Shown here piece after piece: positions 12,876 to 26,385 of a stretch of 64,000 nucleotides of DNA; position 1 is the first letter of the stretch, and each line of letters opens with the position of its first letter. A program made the translations under genes and the position numbers. The stretch is taken from the NCBI GenBank assembly GCA_028534125.1, contig CM052822.1:65844001-65908000 (forward strand). Reading direction: 5' to 3'. The notes beneath the pieces were generated by a model. That model was not told the DNA's origin. It made no database searches and saw nothing but the letters and a program-made list of their open reading frames with translations. The DNA is from Lama glama (lineage: Eukaryota).

Positions 12876-14844
12876 CTGAAACAATCAAAGCACAGAAAGC
12901 CAGGGTTTTGAAGTAGTCACAAGACTCAACAACAACCAGGTTGACAGCTGCACATACCACGGTCTTCCCCTTGTCCCTGTCTCTGATGAGTGAGACGCTC
13001 GCTACTATGATTGAAAATTCATTCTGATTATAACTTTCCCAGACCCTGGGCTCAGGTCTTGGTTTTATATTGATTTAACATAAAAACAAAGCTGCTGTCT
13101 GACCAACATGTTTTTCTCTGGCCTCACAATCAAAGGACCCATCATCAATCTCAACCTTGGATTATTATTAGACATTGAGGTTTGTAGGATCGACATTAGG
13201 ATTTATGAATGTTTAAAAGAATAAAGAGGATAGAAGCACATGTCAAGGCTGCAGCAATCTCTACCACAGTCATCTGATTGAAACAACAGTCATGCATATA
13301 ACCATTTATTTTATCTGTTTTTTTGAGATAATTTGTATTTTGAAAGTGTTGAACATAATATTTTGAAACCTGTTTAAAAGAAATAAAAATTGCATGTTTT
13401 TTAAATAAAGTATCCATTATAAATTAGTATTATCTCCATTAGTGATTTGCTCTTATAAATTTAATCTCTTACAGACTTTGACTGGTCTCCTGAGATAAAC
13501 TGCCCTGCTGGAGCTGGGCATGACACTGGGTTCCGAGGGCCTTAGGATGGCTTGGCCTCAATACCTTTGTGTGTGGCTCCCCTCACGGGTCAGTGCTTTC
13601 CTCAGGAGTGCCCTCTGACTAATCAAAGACAAGTCTTTCATTTCCCTTTCTCCCTTTCCACTGGCAAAAGCCAAAAGAGAAACACTCTAGTCATGACTCC
13701 AGGCATCTCAATGTCGAAGGTATAAAGCCTGCTTTTCTATTTGCTCTCTTCACACCCTCATCCCCCATCATCTTCTCCTCTGGAGAGAGGGTGGGGCATC
13801 CCCAGGCGCCCTGCCAATTTCTAAAGATTTCTTCAGGAGGCGTTTCAGCCCAGGTTCTGTGACTCCACTAGCGGTCAAGGTGGACTCATTCTTCTCCCAG
13901 CTGCCCTGAATGCAGCCTCATTTTCATGAGCCCTCTCATAAACTGTTTCCAGGAAATCTTACAATCCTCGACAAAGTATTTCCAGATGTTATTTACACAG
14001 GAATCAAATTCTAGACATCAATTGAAGGTGTTTTTACAACACTCTCAGATACTTAAGCAAACATGAAGTCTCCCAACTGAAGGGCTTGAAATGAGTTGAT
14101 AAAGGGCTCTACCAGTAAGAAAAGAAAAATCAACATCTTAAATTATCAAACTTGAGTGTTGTAAGCAACTGAAACTTAAAAATAGCATGTGATACGTTAA
14201 TAGCATGCATAGCAGTACTGTTGAATAACAGGAAAAAAAAACTACAGCTCATACTATTGTATTTAGAAGAGAATTCATTTTTTAAAACGTGTCTACTTTT
14301 TCCTCCTTAAAAAACACATGATTCTGGAAACTCATAGAATTACCTGAGGATGGGCACCCTACAGTGTACTGAGCTTTTACAAAGTTTTCTTACATATTAT
14401 TGCATTTAAACTTTACAACTCTTTAGAACAGAAATTTTTAACTTTTTGCCTACTTCAAACACACGCAAAGGAAAATATTCGCATGCAGATACCTTCCTGT
14501 GTACAAGCTCACATACTGATGAATCAAAACAACAAGAGTACATGGGAATTAGGGCAAGATATGCTATGTGCAGGCTTTCATTATTGTCCTTTTTTTTGAC
14601 ACAGTATTCTTCCACACGTTTTACATTTATGTGAGAGATGATTAACTATTACCCCAGAAACACTGGCTCCACCCTGGGGCAAAGATAAGACGGTTTGCTG
14701 TTCAACATACATCGAATTGCTCTAGCCAAGCCCCCATCCTTTTCATCTCATACTCAGGAAAAGATACAGTGATGTCAATGTAGAAATATCCTTGTGTCCC
14801 TCTGTGTCACAGCACAATGGTCAATAATTGTGGCTTCAAATATA

Positions 14845-14907
14845 TGTGTTGTTACACCAGAAACTAACAGAACATTGCAAATCAACTCTACTTCAATTAA
14901 AAAAAAA
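14845..14907 (+). mobile_element. Short L1 3' terminus with A-tail
   Basis: tacaccagaaactaacagaacattgcaaatcaactctacttcaattaaaaaaaaa. Confidence 0.7.
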
Positions 14908-15464
14908 TTTGGTTGGACATAATATAGGAAATGAATAAAGGTGAATTAAATAATGATCCTAATTTTATTTTAGGTTTAAGCTTTAGAGTTCTGGTTTATG
15001 AACATGACTTTAGAGGATATAGAGCATCTTAATTGCAAAAACAAAAAACAAAAAAACAAAAACAAGCAAAAACCCAAACCTGATGTGTTGTTATGTTGAC
15101 ATGTTGTTATGTTGTCCTGCCTGCTTTACAGATGAAGAAAATAAACTCTTCTGAAAGCTTAAATGATTTCCCCCAAAGCCACATACCTTAAAGATAAACG
15201 TAGGACTGAATCCCAAATATCTAGACTTAGTTTTTTTCCTCCTCATTGAAAAAAAAAAAAAAAGATTACATAGACCAGTCCACCTGGGATATTACATGTA
15301 CTGGCTGATCTCACATCTTTCCTAGTTTTTTGGCTCCACTGTGGCCTCTCTGCAAGCGTCTTTTAATCCCTGCTCTACAGCCATCCACATATGAGACATT
15401 TATCATCAGAAGACGACCAGATGTGGGGGGGGGTCTCCAGTGGCTAGGAGACATATAGAGTTTA

Positions 15465-15565
15465 ATTTTTCTTTCTTTTCTAAAGGGAGGTACCGGAGAC
15501 TGAACCTAGGACCTAGTGCATACTATGCACGTGCTCCACCACTGAGCTATATATACTCTGCCCCC
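15465..15565 (-). mobile_element. tRNA-Ala-derived SINE (Vic-1-like), degenerate
   Basis: gaggtaccggagactgaacctaggacc...ctccaccactgagctata is the reverse complement of the SINE head. Confidence 0.8.
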
Positions 15566-16996
15566 AAAGTTTAGTTTTAATCCAGCTGACTTAAACAGTA
15601 AACACCATTCAGTATGGCCTCTGCCCCCCACTTATGGTCTCTCTGGGCAGGTACTGAAATGTTCCTAGTAATGTGAGAAACACTGGAAGAAGAGGGAAAG
15701 TTTACTTTTGGCTGGGTTGCAGGGAGCTGAAGAAACAGGGGAAGTTTGATATAATATGACCGCGATTTAAATAACCATCATTTTATCAAAATAAAGATCT
15801 TCATAGTTCAAGGGACCATGTGCCTTTCTAGCTTTAAAAACACACAATATTTCAGTTTTCAAGAGTCGTTATAACACAGGACACTTGCTTTTCGTTGGTA
15901 CTACATGAAAATGAAAACTTCTGAAACTGATGCCAAGGGTTGTTAGTGGTCAAGTCTTTGTTTCACCTGATTTAGAAGATTTGTGTCTCAAATGTGCTTC
16001 ATTGGTGATTACAAATTTTATCTGTATCCTCTCAGGCTCCTCCGTATTCCTCTGTAAGTCCATTGGTTTAAGGTCATATATTTTCCTCTATTTTTCATGT
16101 GTATCTTTTGTCCTATCCCCTCTTGTCGCAAATGCTATTCTTTATTCCATAATAAACTCAAGCATTTGCTATATTCCCCTCCCTTCTTACCCATCTATAT
16201 ATTTTTCTCTGTCTTCCATTTTTCTCTTTACTTACACAAGTATGCAACAAAGTCACATACATTCATTCCTTCTTTTAACTTGCTTACTGCAAGGAAACAT
16301 TTTGTCTTTCTTAATAATTAATTATATGCTATTGTAAAATATATCTCCTAGGGAAAAGATGACTTCCCATCTCCCATGCCTCCAAGAAGCATGTTCCCAA
16401 AATCTGGGATAGAGACCCAGGAAGAAATAGTGCGTGCATGCACACACTCACACACACACCCCCCTTGAGAACTGGGACTCGGCTGGAGAGTGAGTGACCA
16501 CAAAATAATGAAATCAAAGCATTTTTCTAAAATTGGAGACCCCTCAGACGTCCCGGAAATAGACACTTTTTTTGGTGAGCATCTCTTTCTACTTCAAGAC
16601 CCAGTTCAACATCATTCTTTTGATGACTTCCTGACTGCACCACGGGTACTTTTCATTTCTCCCTGTGTGCCACCAGTGTGCTACGTAAGTAGCTGAATAA
16701 CAACATTTATCACATTGTTCTGCAATGAGCTCTGTGCCCTTCCCCACGGCTGAACTCTGAGTTTCTTCAGGAGTGAAGGCAGTCATCTTACTTAACGTCA
16801 TCCCAAGCAACTAAGGCAGTGACCAATACACAACTAAATGCTCATAAATGTTGGTTGAACAAACTAAACTTAATTCCCTTAAAGTTCTATGCAGCCCACT
16901 GATTAATCCAAGTATATAAATTGGTATTTGGGGTTCATGTTGCGGGGGCATCATATCTCCATTTGAATGAGATGAGTCAACACTTTCAATACTTAC

Positions 16997-17059
16997 GACA
17001 ACTTTAACATGTTTGGATAGATCTCTAGAGCTTCTCTGTAGGAAATCAGAAAAGGCTGC
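16997..17059 (-). CDS. DGKI: DGKI exon 10: AAFSDFLQRSSRDLSKHVKVV
   Basis: tggtacag|GCA ... GTC|gtaagt; 63 nt, phase 0-0. Confidence 0.95.
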
Positions 17060-17907
17060 CTGTACCACAAGGAAAAGAAAGAAGAAAATTCTTCATTACA
17101 TGGTCATGCCAAGTCCTTGCTTCTACATTATAGCTAGGTCCATGGGATTCTAAATTATGCAAAAATATAAAACACGTTTTCCTTTTGCTAAATCCAAAGT
17201 AAAATTGTTTGACAGCAGAGGCTGTCAAGTTGAAATCTTTCTCTGTTTTCAAAACGTAACCTATAATAAAATTTAAGCTCGCAGTAGGAGTGAAAAAGTA
17301 GATAATTCTAAGGGTCAGTTTGAAGGTTTGTCTCCCTTTCCTGACCCCCTTCTTTGTCCATCAGATGATCTTCAACTTGCCACTGAGAGTGTCGTTTCAC
17401 CCCCTTTAATTTTGATGCCCTCTATCCAATGTTTAACCCATACTTTTTAAAGTCAATATTTTGGAAGCCCTGTTTTTTTTCCCTTTCTGGCCATTCACAC
17501 CCCAGGATATCCCTGAGTAGGAGGAAAAGGAAAAAGAAGGGAGCCCTTAATCTCATGTACATTTCCATGAAAAACTTCCCATGTTTTGTCAATTTCTTAT
17601 CCAAATGTCAGTGCATACTGTGAAAACTACATTCTCACCGAGACTTGCTGTGCATCTTTCAGTCTACCCAATTTCCCTATTCTCTAGATTGGCTTTGATG
17701 TTTGTTTTTCACAAACTTAAACGAACTTAAGAAACAGATACTTTTATTCTTAAACCAAGACATTAAACAGTAACCATATATAGACCCACAGGTAAACATC
17801 TGAGATGTGAGAGTAATTACTAGCATAGTATAGTCAGCATCTTTATTACCATCAGTGAACTAGTATCAAATGATATATAATACTTAAAAAATGAAATATA
17901 TACTTAC

Positions 17908-17963
17908 CCCTGCATAGAACATTTTATTTCGAAAACGACTGTTGAATTTTTCTGGATTTGCTT
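17908..17963 (-). CDS. DGKI: DGKI exon 9: (E)[18 protein letters not shown]
   Basis: ccctttcacag|AA ... GGG|gtaagt; 56 nt, phase 1-0. Confidence 0.96.
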
Positions 17964-18114
17964 CTGTGAAAGGGAAAAAGCAGTTTTGTTACAGAGACCT
18001 CATTAAAGGTGGTGAGTTAGATTAGCACCCCTGCTTCCTTTTCCTCCCTCCCCATCCCACAGACCCACCAGCTTCATTATCATTGTCCCCTCAGTTACAG
18101 GCAGTTGGCATAGT

Positions 18115-18300
18115 TGTCCAGTGCTACGAATGTGTAGCCCCAAACTGGCAGCACCAGCATGAAATGAGAGCTTGCTACAATGCAAATTATTAGGCTCTAC
18201 CCCAAACCTACTGAATTAGAATTTCTGGAGGCTTGGGTCTAGGAATCTGTTTAACAAGCTCTCCAGGTAATTCACATTCACATTAAAAGTTGAGACACTC
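18115..18300. mobile_element. MER5A-like hAT MITE
   Basis: gagcttgctacaatgcaaattattaggc...cctactgaattagaa...tttaacaagctctccaggtaattc. Confidence 0.75.
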
Positions 18301-20763
18301 AGGACCCTATTCAAAATAGACAGCTGGCAGGGATACAAGGCAGGGGTGAGAGAAGAAAACGGGAGGGAGAGAGGGGAAGGGATAATTATTTCCTTTGTCC
18401 TCCACAGGACATGGCTTCCATAAACTATGAATGCAGCTTCCAAATGTAAATAAATAAGGGGAATTTGGGTAAAAATGAATGGGGAATTTGCTTTCACATT
18501 TTTGTAAAAACTCCTAACTGCCATCTGTACTCTTGTTTATGACAGTCTGGAAAAATTATTTGACTTAGTGAAGGTATGTAAGATATGTGAAATATCTATC
18601 TATATAGATACATAGAGAAGACCTGCAGAATGGACTCAGGGCATGTGACAGCAAAGACTCAGACAGACGGTTTAATTTTGAGTTTGCTCCTGGATGTTAT
18701 ATAGATTGAGGACCAGAAAAAGATTAAACAAGAATCTGCATCAGAGAAAGTTCACATGGATTCAAGGGATTATAAAATCCCCAAACGAAGTACTATTTCC
18801 CTACATTCTTTCTAATAAAATTCCAAGACATTCCAAAGGGACACACGGTAAACGTTTGCCTTCTGCTATTTTTGTCCCATATGTTCACTAATCCCGTCTC
18901 AGGACTAGGTCTTTTCTCACTAGACAGCTGACTGGCTGGCTGAAAGTCTCCAAATCCCCACCCTGCTTTTAAATGGGAGTCCTAACAATTGTTGTCTAGA
19001 TGAAGGAAAGTAGCAAGAGTTCACACAGACTGGACAGATTTAATGCTACAAAATCTCAGGAAACAATCCTGGACAAATGATTATTAGATTAACCTCATGA
19101 TTATTAGAACATGCTAGCATATGACATGGAAACTAACTACAGGTTTGCAATTTCTTTTAAAAAAGGTAGTATTTTTGTAAATTGACTCTTGAGAACTTTT
19201 ATTCATTATGGTTTCTGTATTGCAGACCTCTCCTTAGAGATGCACTCTGTCCTACCAGCTAAGTATTCTAACCCTAGAAACAAAATAAAAGGTTATTTTC
19301 ATAGAATATAGTAAACAAAAAGAAGATAAAAATGATCCTAAGTGCTCTGCCTCCCTGATTCTCACTATCTGTTGGCCCCAGAGTTGACCATTTTTACATT
19401 CCAGGCTTTCTTCAGGATAAATTTAGCAGCTGAATGACAAAGTTGTTTTGGTCTTTTTGGACCCAGATCTGGGTAGATACTATTTCCAGGTACATTAACT
19501 CTTTCTTGCTTTATTGGAGGCAGAGGCAAAATGAGAGTAACTGTTACTATGAAATTTATCGTATGAACATAGTCCCTAATTTAAAACAAACAAAACCAGA
19601 TCTAGCTATTGAGAAATTTATAAGGAGAAGTGGAAAATGGGACATACAGTTCTGGCACAGAACTTTTTCAGAGCATCAATGTTCACAGCTCTTAAGTGAA
19701 TCACATACCAACTACTAATATTTACTTTTTTAAAAAAATAAAATATGGTTTGGAGAATATTCACATCTCTATGGAGTTTTCCTATAAGCCTTGAAGAACT
19801 GAAAAAGCTTTTCTTCCTTTAAAGAGATACATTTTTTTTCTCAAAAGATAAAAATTATTCTGTAAGACCAAAGAAGGACAAATAAAATCTGGAAATAAAC
19901 TGCGTTTTTGGTGTTTTCATTCACACACTTGAAAACAGATGTAATTTAACTAGGTAAAATTCAATGAAATAAGTAAACCTAAAACTAGAGCTCTAACAAG
20001 ACATCTGAGAGGGGTCAGAAAGATAGAAAATAAAGAGGTAGGGGAGTCATACACATGCTTTGGCCTCGAGGGTAGAAAAGATGTGACGTAAATTGTTACC
20101 TCTCTGCTGCTCTAATAACATAATAGTACATTATACTATTGACTCCCAGATTGAGCCTGCCTTGGCAATTGGACCCTTTTTCCATTTTTATAGCCACCCT
20201 ATCCCAAGCAGAAATCAGGTTCAGAAACAAAGGTTGGCTGTAGCTAAAAGAGATGTCTGCTAGTGTGTTGGAGCCTTGCCACTCTCTGCAGAAGCCAGGC
20301 CATAAGCAACCAAGGGATAGCCTTCAAATACAATACTCAATCGTTCCTCACTGGCCATTCAAAGGATGGGGCCAAATGACTGAATATGTCTATGTGTCTG
20401 TATAAGACTTAACATGTCTCTGAGAAAGACCAAGGAATGTAGACCCCAATTATATCAAGAAAATGCGCATAAAGAACTGGGAAAGGTCCAGTAAAAAAGC
20501 TGAAGGGCTCTTGTTCCTTAAGGAAGTTGTGTTCGTTCATTGGTATGAGGTAAATCCTGAAGACCATCCTCAAGAAATGCCAATAATACTTAAAGTATCC
20601 CAAGACCCCAGGAGTGGAGTACGCATGGCTTCTTGCTGCAGTTCCTAGACAGCCTGTCCTCCTCTTCCACAGGAACAGGGTGTGAGATGGTGAGACCCAA
20701 ACACTCACTGCCCGTGGCTATGCCATTAACCTATTTACAGTCTGATTGGACACCACCGTTAAC

Positions 20764-21560
20764 TGTATTAGTTTTCTATTCCTGCAAACTTGGCAGCTTA
20801 AAACATCCATTGATTGCTTTATAGTTCTCTAGGCCAAGTGTGGACTGGGCCCTCCTAAGTCGTCTGCTTTGGGCCTGAAGAGGCCAACGTCAAGGGGTCA
20901 GGAAAGGATTCACTTCCAAGCTCATTCAGGTTGTTGGCAAAACCTATTTCCTTGCAGTCACAGGAATGAAGTTCTTTCTTCTTGCTGGCTGTTGGCTAGG
21001 GTTCATTCTCAATTTCTAGAGGTTGCATTCCTCGGCTTGTGGTCCCCTCCACTGTCAAAGTCAGATAATGGTGCATCAAGTCCTTCTCACACTTTGCCTG
21101 ACTTCTTCTGCCAGAGCTCTCTGTTCAATCTTCTACTTTTGCTTTTAAGGGCTCATGTTACTACATTAGGCCCACTCAGATAATCCAGAATTATCTTCCT
21201 ATCATAAGGTCGGCTACTTACTAACATCAGCAAAGTCATTTTGCTATGTAAAATAACATAACCAACTATGAAACCAAATGGCAAAGTTCATGGAGACCAA
21301 AATCCTACCTACTATGGTCTACCTTCTGGCCCCCAGGATTCACGTCTTTCACATACGAAAAACATGTTTCTTCCTTCCCCTTCCCAGGTCCCCAAAGGTC
21401 TTTTCCCCATTATAGTACTAACTCAAAAGCCAACAATCTCTTCTAAATCTCATTAGCTCAGACTTCCCAGACCTCATCATCTAAATCATCCAAATGATTT
21501 GGCTCTGGATGTAATCCTTTTATAACGGTGATGAGGCTCTGGGTATAATCCATTCCATTA
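20764..21560 (-). mobile_element. MaLR LTR (MLT1D-like) plus adjoining internal sequence
   Basis: tgtattagttttctatt..., ttccaagctcattcaggttgttggc, cttttaagggctcatg...ggcccactcagataatccag; internal-like ctggcccccaggattcac after about 21310. Confidence 0.75.
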
Positions 21561-22699
21561 TTTTAATATGTTCATCCCATCCTTATAGGCAACACAGTAA
21601 CATATGTGCCATTAGAATGGGATCCTAAATCCTTCTTTTGTCTACAATTGGTCTTGCCTGTTAGGGAGATATTAGTAAATATAAGCTCAACACTATGTTC
21701 ATAAAAACCAATAAGCAATTTGGACCCCATATAACTCACACATCTTCCATATTCTCTGCGTTGGATACTTGAGACAATCTTAATTTAAGACTTCAGTTAT
21801 GTATACATAAATGACTCCAAAATCTATGCCTACAGTAACATTGCCAGCTTCAGTTCAAATGGTTTCCATTATAAACATCTTTTCTTCCAACATCATCTCC
21901 CAGTAAGGACAAGCATTTTTACCAACATTATCTTCATTTTTCTAACACCATTGCAAAAATCTTTCATTATGTATTAATGGGTAATCTAACCCATCTTTAT
22001 CACAAATTCATTTGTCCCTCTATATTTTCTTTCCCGTCTGAAATGCCCTCACCCACTTTACTTTTTGTTTATATCATACTCCTTCTTTATCTCCCAGCCA
22101 TGTTACCTGCTACCCTTTCTGGAAATCTTCCCCTGACACCTTCCTCCCGCTAAGAGTCCCCACCAAACTCCTGTATAATTCACTGCCTATACAACCAAAC
22201 TTACCCTTACTGTATAGTCCCTCCTACTGTTATTTACCTCTTTATAGATGGAGTCTATCCTCCAATTAAACATTCCATTCCTGTAACAAATATTTATTGA
22301 GACACCATTGGACTTGGCGCAAGGACGATAAAAATAAATAGGATGTAGTCTTTTGCCCTCATGGAGATTAAAGTAGGGGAGACAGTTCTGATAATGAAAA
22401 ATAAAATGTCACTTTGTATCTGCCATACAAAGATGTCTATATGATATGAAATGGGGGTCCCACATAAAGGGAATGATCAGAAAAGTTCCAGAGGCAAGTA
22501 CACTTGAGTCTTAAATGATGAGTAGATGCCACGCTGAGGTTCAAGACAGAAACAAAGGTTACACAGACAACCTTGGACAGTGAGTTTCTCAAGGGTAAAC
22601 TGTACTTGAGTCTTCCTACCTGGACAATAGCCTCACAATGAGTCCTTTACAGTAAAGGGGATGATAAAATTCAGCAATCCATTGAAAATAACATCTTTT

Positions 22700-23830
22700 T
22701 AAAGAAATCTGTCAGTTCTCCGTATCAATCATGAAACATTCATAATCCTTGGAAACATGCTGATCTGCATTGTCTCCGTATATTCAGTGAAAACAGTAAA
22801 TCTTAAATCAAATTTAAATGCTGCCTCCTCTAGAGTTATAATTGTATTTCCTTGACCTTGTAGCATAAGGTTCAAATCCTCTGAATAATAAGTAATTTCA
22901 ATGAAGCAGTAAAACTTAAGCATCCAATCTCAGACTAAGAAGCTTCGATGTGTTTGATATTCTTCATGGCCAAAAAAAAAAGGCAATCTAATTCACATAG
23001 CTGGCAGAGTGAGACCTAGCTTTGCTACCTGATAACCATAATCATTGTTAACATGGCTATGTATTAATAGATTGGAATATTTTCAATGTAATTCCTCAAG
23101 CACTGTCATAATGCAATGATGATTAAAGTACTGGGCAAGACTCCAACTGACAATTAAATGACCAGTCCTATTAAATCTCTAAATTCTGTTCCAAACGATT
23201 GCATGTTCCGATATGCAAGCAGCGACAGACAGTTCAGCCATGCGTGGCTCAGCCACTTTGATAAAAATTTTAAAAGCGTCTGTTTTGCAATCAAATGAAG
23301 TATACCTTCTTTCTATTCAAATTATTCAAATGCTTGCATTCTTTATATTCAGAGTCAAATTGTTAAGACTATCTTCACTCCTTACTTGATTTTCTACTGG
23401 TAATTCTAAAAGTATTTACACAGTAAAGCCACTAATATGCTGTCTCAAAATAAATGTCATTTTCTTTGTCCCCTCTAAAAGAAATAAAGTATCAGTAGTA
23501 ATGCAAAAGTCTGCATTTGTTCCATGTCAATTTGATGGGTTATTTCACAGCTGCCAAATTTTGCCAAAAAGTATTTCTGCAATTAATTTTTTCAAGATTC
23601 TGCCTTAGTGAGATTTATTACCCATTCCATGTAAACGGATTAGCATAATTCTCAATTTAAAGTACTGTATTTTTTTCAATAATACCTTATAGGTTATTCT
23701 ATGCAAGCTCATTTTTTTTTATAATGGCTCTCATGATGAGGCTTTGAGTCACTCTCCAAGTATGTAATGGCAACTGATACAAGTTTTGTCATGAAGTTGC
23801 AATCCCTGAGTGGCTGTATTTGAGAACAGG
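22700..23830 (-). mobile_element. Fossil hAT (Charlie-like) DNA transposon, degenerate transposase coding region
   Basis: Minus-strand motif remnants in hAT order: HT-GE-L-KP (about 23740-23764), NTV--I (about 23650-23671), LWLSGSK (RWLSRGK-like, about 23018-23045), LNLMLQG (about 22855-22876). Confidence 0.65.
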
Positions 23831-26306
23831 TTGAAGTCTCCACTATGTGGTACGTGTGGCTTGAGAAAAGTCACTCACTGTCTACTGACAAGAATAAATA
23901 AGTCTACCTCTGTTAAAAATGCAGACTTGCTATCTTTTTTTTCTTTCTGCAGATGAACCTGAGCTCTTGACTATCCAGGTAAAAATATGAGAAAAATCCA
24001 AATATACAGAAAATAGTTTTTTTTTAAATTAGCTTGAATAATTATAACTTTCATCATAAATAATAAATTTTTTTCACTTATTGCAAAAAGAACTGACTAA
24101 CAGATACTGAGAAATTCACAACTCTAGTACAGGCATATCAACCAAATCTGGTCCCAATATTTTGTGGATATTCATTGTGTACCATCTCTATACCCTCTCC
24201 ATGAACATGGTACTCATTACTCTCCATCCACATCAATCCTCCCTCGTCAGCTCTTCAGTAGCTGTTTTTCTTCAAGGGTCCCAGGCTTACCTGCAGGGCA
24301 AATGTTTGCAATTCCTTCTCCCATTGCAGGAAAGCCCTTACACTAAGTCTCAGCAATAAAGTATTCAAAGATGAGTGCCTGGCATCTTTTCACTATTTTA
24401 CAATCACACAGATGCAAAACTATGGATACAGAGATATACCACAATAATTTGCATATTCCTCTCTAAAATGAAATCGTCTCATAGTTTAAAAGGAAAGGAA
24501 AAAGCTCTTTCCCACCAGAATTCTCTTCTAAACCTGGTCTTTTCACCTGGATGTCCCTCTCTGCTGCCCTCTCACCATGAGGCATAGAAGTTTCACCACA
24601 GTACGAGGAAATGCATCCTTAGGACAACTTTCAGATGAATTAAATGAAACACTGGGCTCCCATGAATGAGCTCATTGTTGGCCCCTTACTCATGCAGGCC
24701 TCCTTTCAGACCAAGATGTCTAATTTTGGAGATTCATGCATTAGTGATAATTGTACTACTTTACAAGTATTGTTAAGTAACCTAAAGATTTTATTAGGAA
24801 GCCAGATCCAAAGTCTCCTAGAGAATATGAGGGGAAAATTGGGGTAAGAAATGGAGAAAGAAATCTCCGTTTACTTCCTCAAATTAACTCTCCTTAAACA
24901 CAGGAAGGGCAACAGATTGTAAGTATAGGACCCTCTGAATATCGCACCTCCAAGAACTGTCCAGGGCAGGGGGGTGGGGAATGTGGTGGTGCTTCTGATT
25001 TGGGTATTTGATATTTGTGCTTCTGTTATCAACCAACCTTTCTATGTGATTTTCTGGCTAATTAGGGAAAACCATGACTCTCTCTTCAATCATATTGCTT
25101 TTATTTGGCACAGCATTTGACCCTCAAATCCTCATAAAACCAGGAATGCCAAGTCTACCAAAATTGCTGAATTCCATAAGAGAATTACAGTTTTACACTT
25201 CACTTTCATTTTGTCTTGTAACAGCCTTCACCTTATGGCTCCACTCTTAACTCTTAAAATCATAGTTTTCTCTTGCATTACTACTGGAGTCTGAACAGTT
25301 GTACTCCGATTTCAAATTCTGTGAGTTAAAACCACATAGGCTCCTGCAGAATCTGGGGCGGGGGGAACGTACAACAGTCGCTGCTTTATGACTTTTATCT
25401 CACAAATTACTTGCTAACCTATAGCCAAGCGTTCTTTTGGTTACATATTATCACATCCACAAGGGGCGAGTTACAGGCATACTCACAGATGTCTAGTACA
25501 GTTATATTAATAAGAGAGTTGAGAGAGAGAGATGAGGAGAGACCAAGAGAGCAGGGGACCAAGGCTTCAAAGCATAAGCCAAAACCCTACACTTTCTCAG
25601 CTCTGAATGGCATAAGAAAATTTTGATGAAATATTTAACCCACATGTCATTATTTCATCTTATTTCTCTTTCAAAAATTGTTTTGCTCCCCCAGTCTTGA
25701 CTCCATCTCTTCTAGGACTTGGAACGACCACCAGGCTCATTCATACCGTCTCGTGCAGGGGAGAGTCCCAGCACCTTCACGCCTAGTCCAATCACACCAT
25801 GCCCTTTTCTTCCCACCTAAACCACCCACAGTCCCTCCATTGTTCTAAGGTGCCTGTTGTCTCTCTCACGCACATACGGAAGGACTTTTATGTTTTGCTA
25901 CCAGATTTCAATGGCTCTGGTTATAAAGTTATGAACTTTAAAAACTGGTGGTTTGAGAAGCTGTGAGTATCCTACTGCCTTTAACGAAAGACTCTCTCTT
26001 TATCACTTCTTAGGAGTTCACTGGCCTCCAAGTTTCTAGTCAGATCTAAAGATTAGCAGTCCCAACACCTGGCACAACATCTGGTCCTGTCCTCCATCAT
26101 CTCTGAGACCCTGAACAGCTAGGTCTCAGGGTACTGCCTGTAGTAAGTTCCCATCTTGGCCAGCTCCCAGGGTCACCATGAAGGTTAAAATAAAACAACA
26201 CTGAAGCACACTGTCAACACGTAAGTGATGTGCAAACAAAAGGGAACATGCAAACACCTGCTGGAAACTTCCTCCCTGGGAGATGGAAATGGGACGTTGT
26301 CCTCAC

Positions 26307-26385
26307 CTCTGGATTCATGGAACTCCAATGTGACGTGGGCATCAAATCCAAGGCTGAAGTAATTATTGAAAACATTCAGAGGAAG
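26307..26385 (-). CDS. DGKI: DGKI exon 8: [26 protein letters not shown](E), start of DAGKa
   Basis: cattgcag|CTT ... G|gtgagg; 79 nt, phase 0-1; NNYFSxGxDA motif. Confidence 0.96.

Noticed and set aside
12983-13020. Hammerhead ribozyme core (CTGATGA followed by a small stem; similar at about 8147 and 47009)
   Set aside because: The required GAAA after stem II and stems I/III are missing.
24964-24990. G-quadruplex candidate (gggcaggggggtgggg)
   Set aside because: Only three separated runs of three or more G, so not a canonical four-tract motif.
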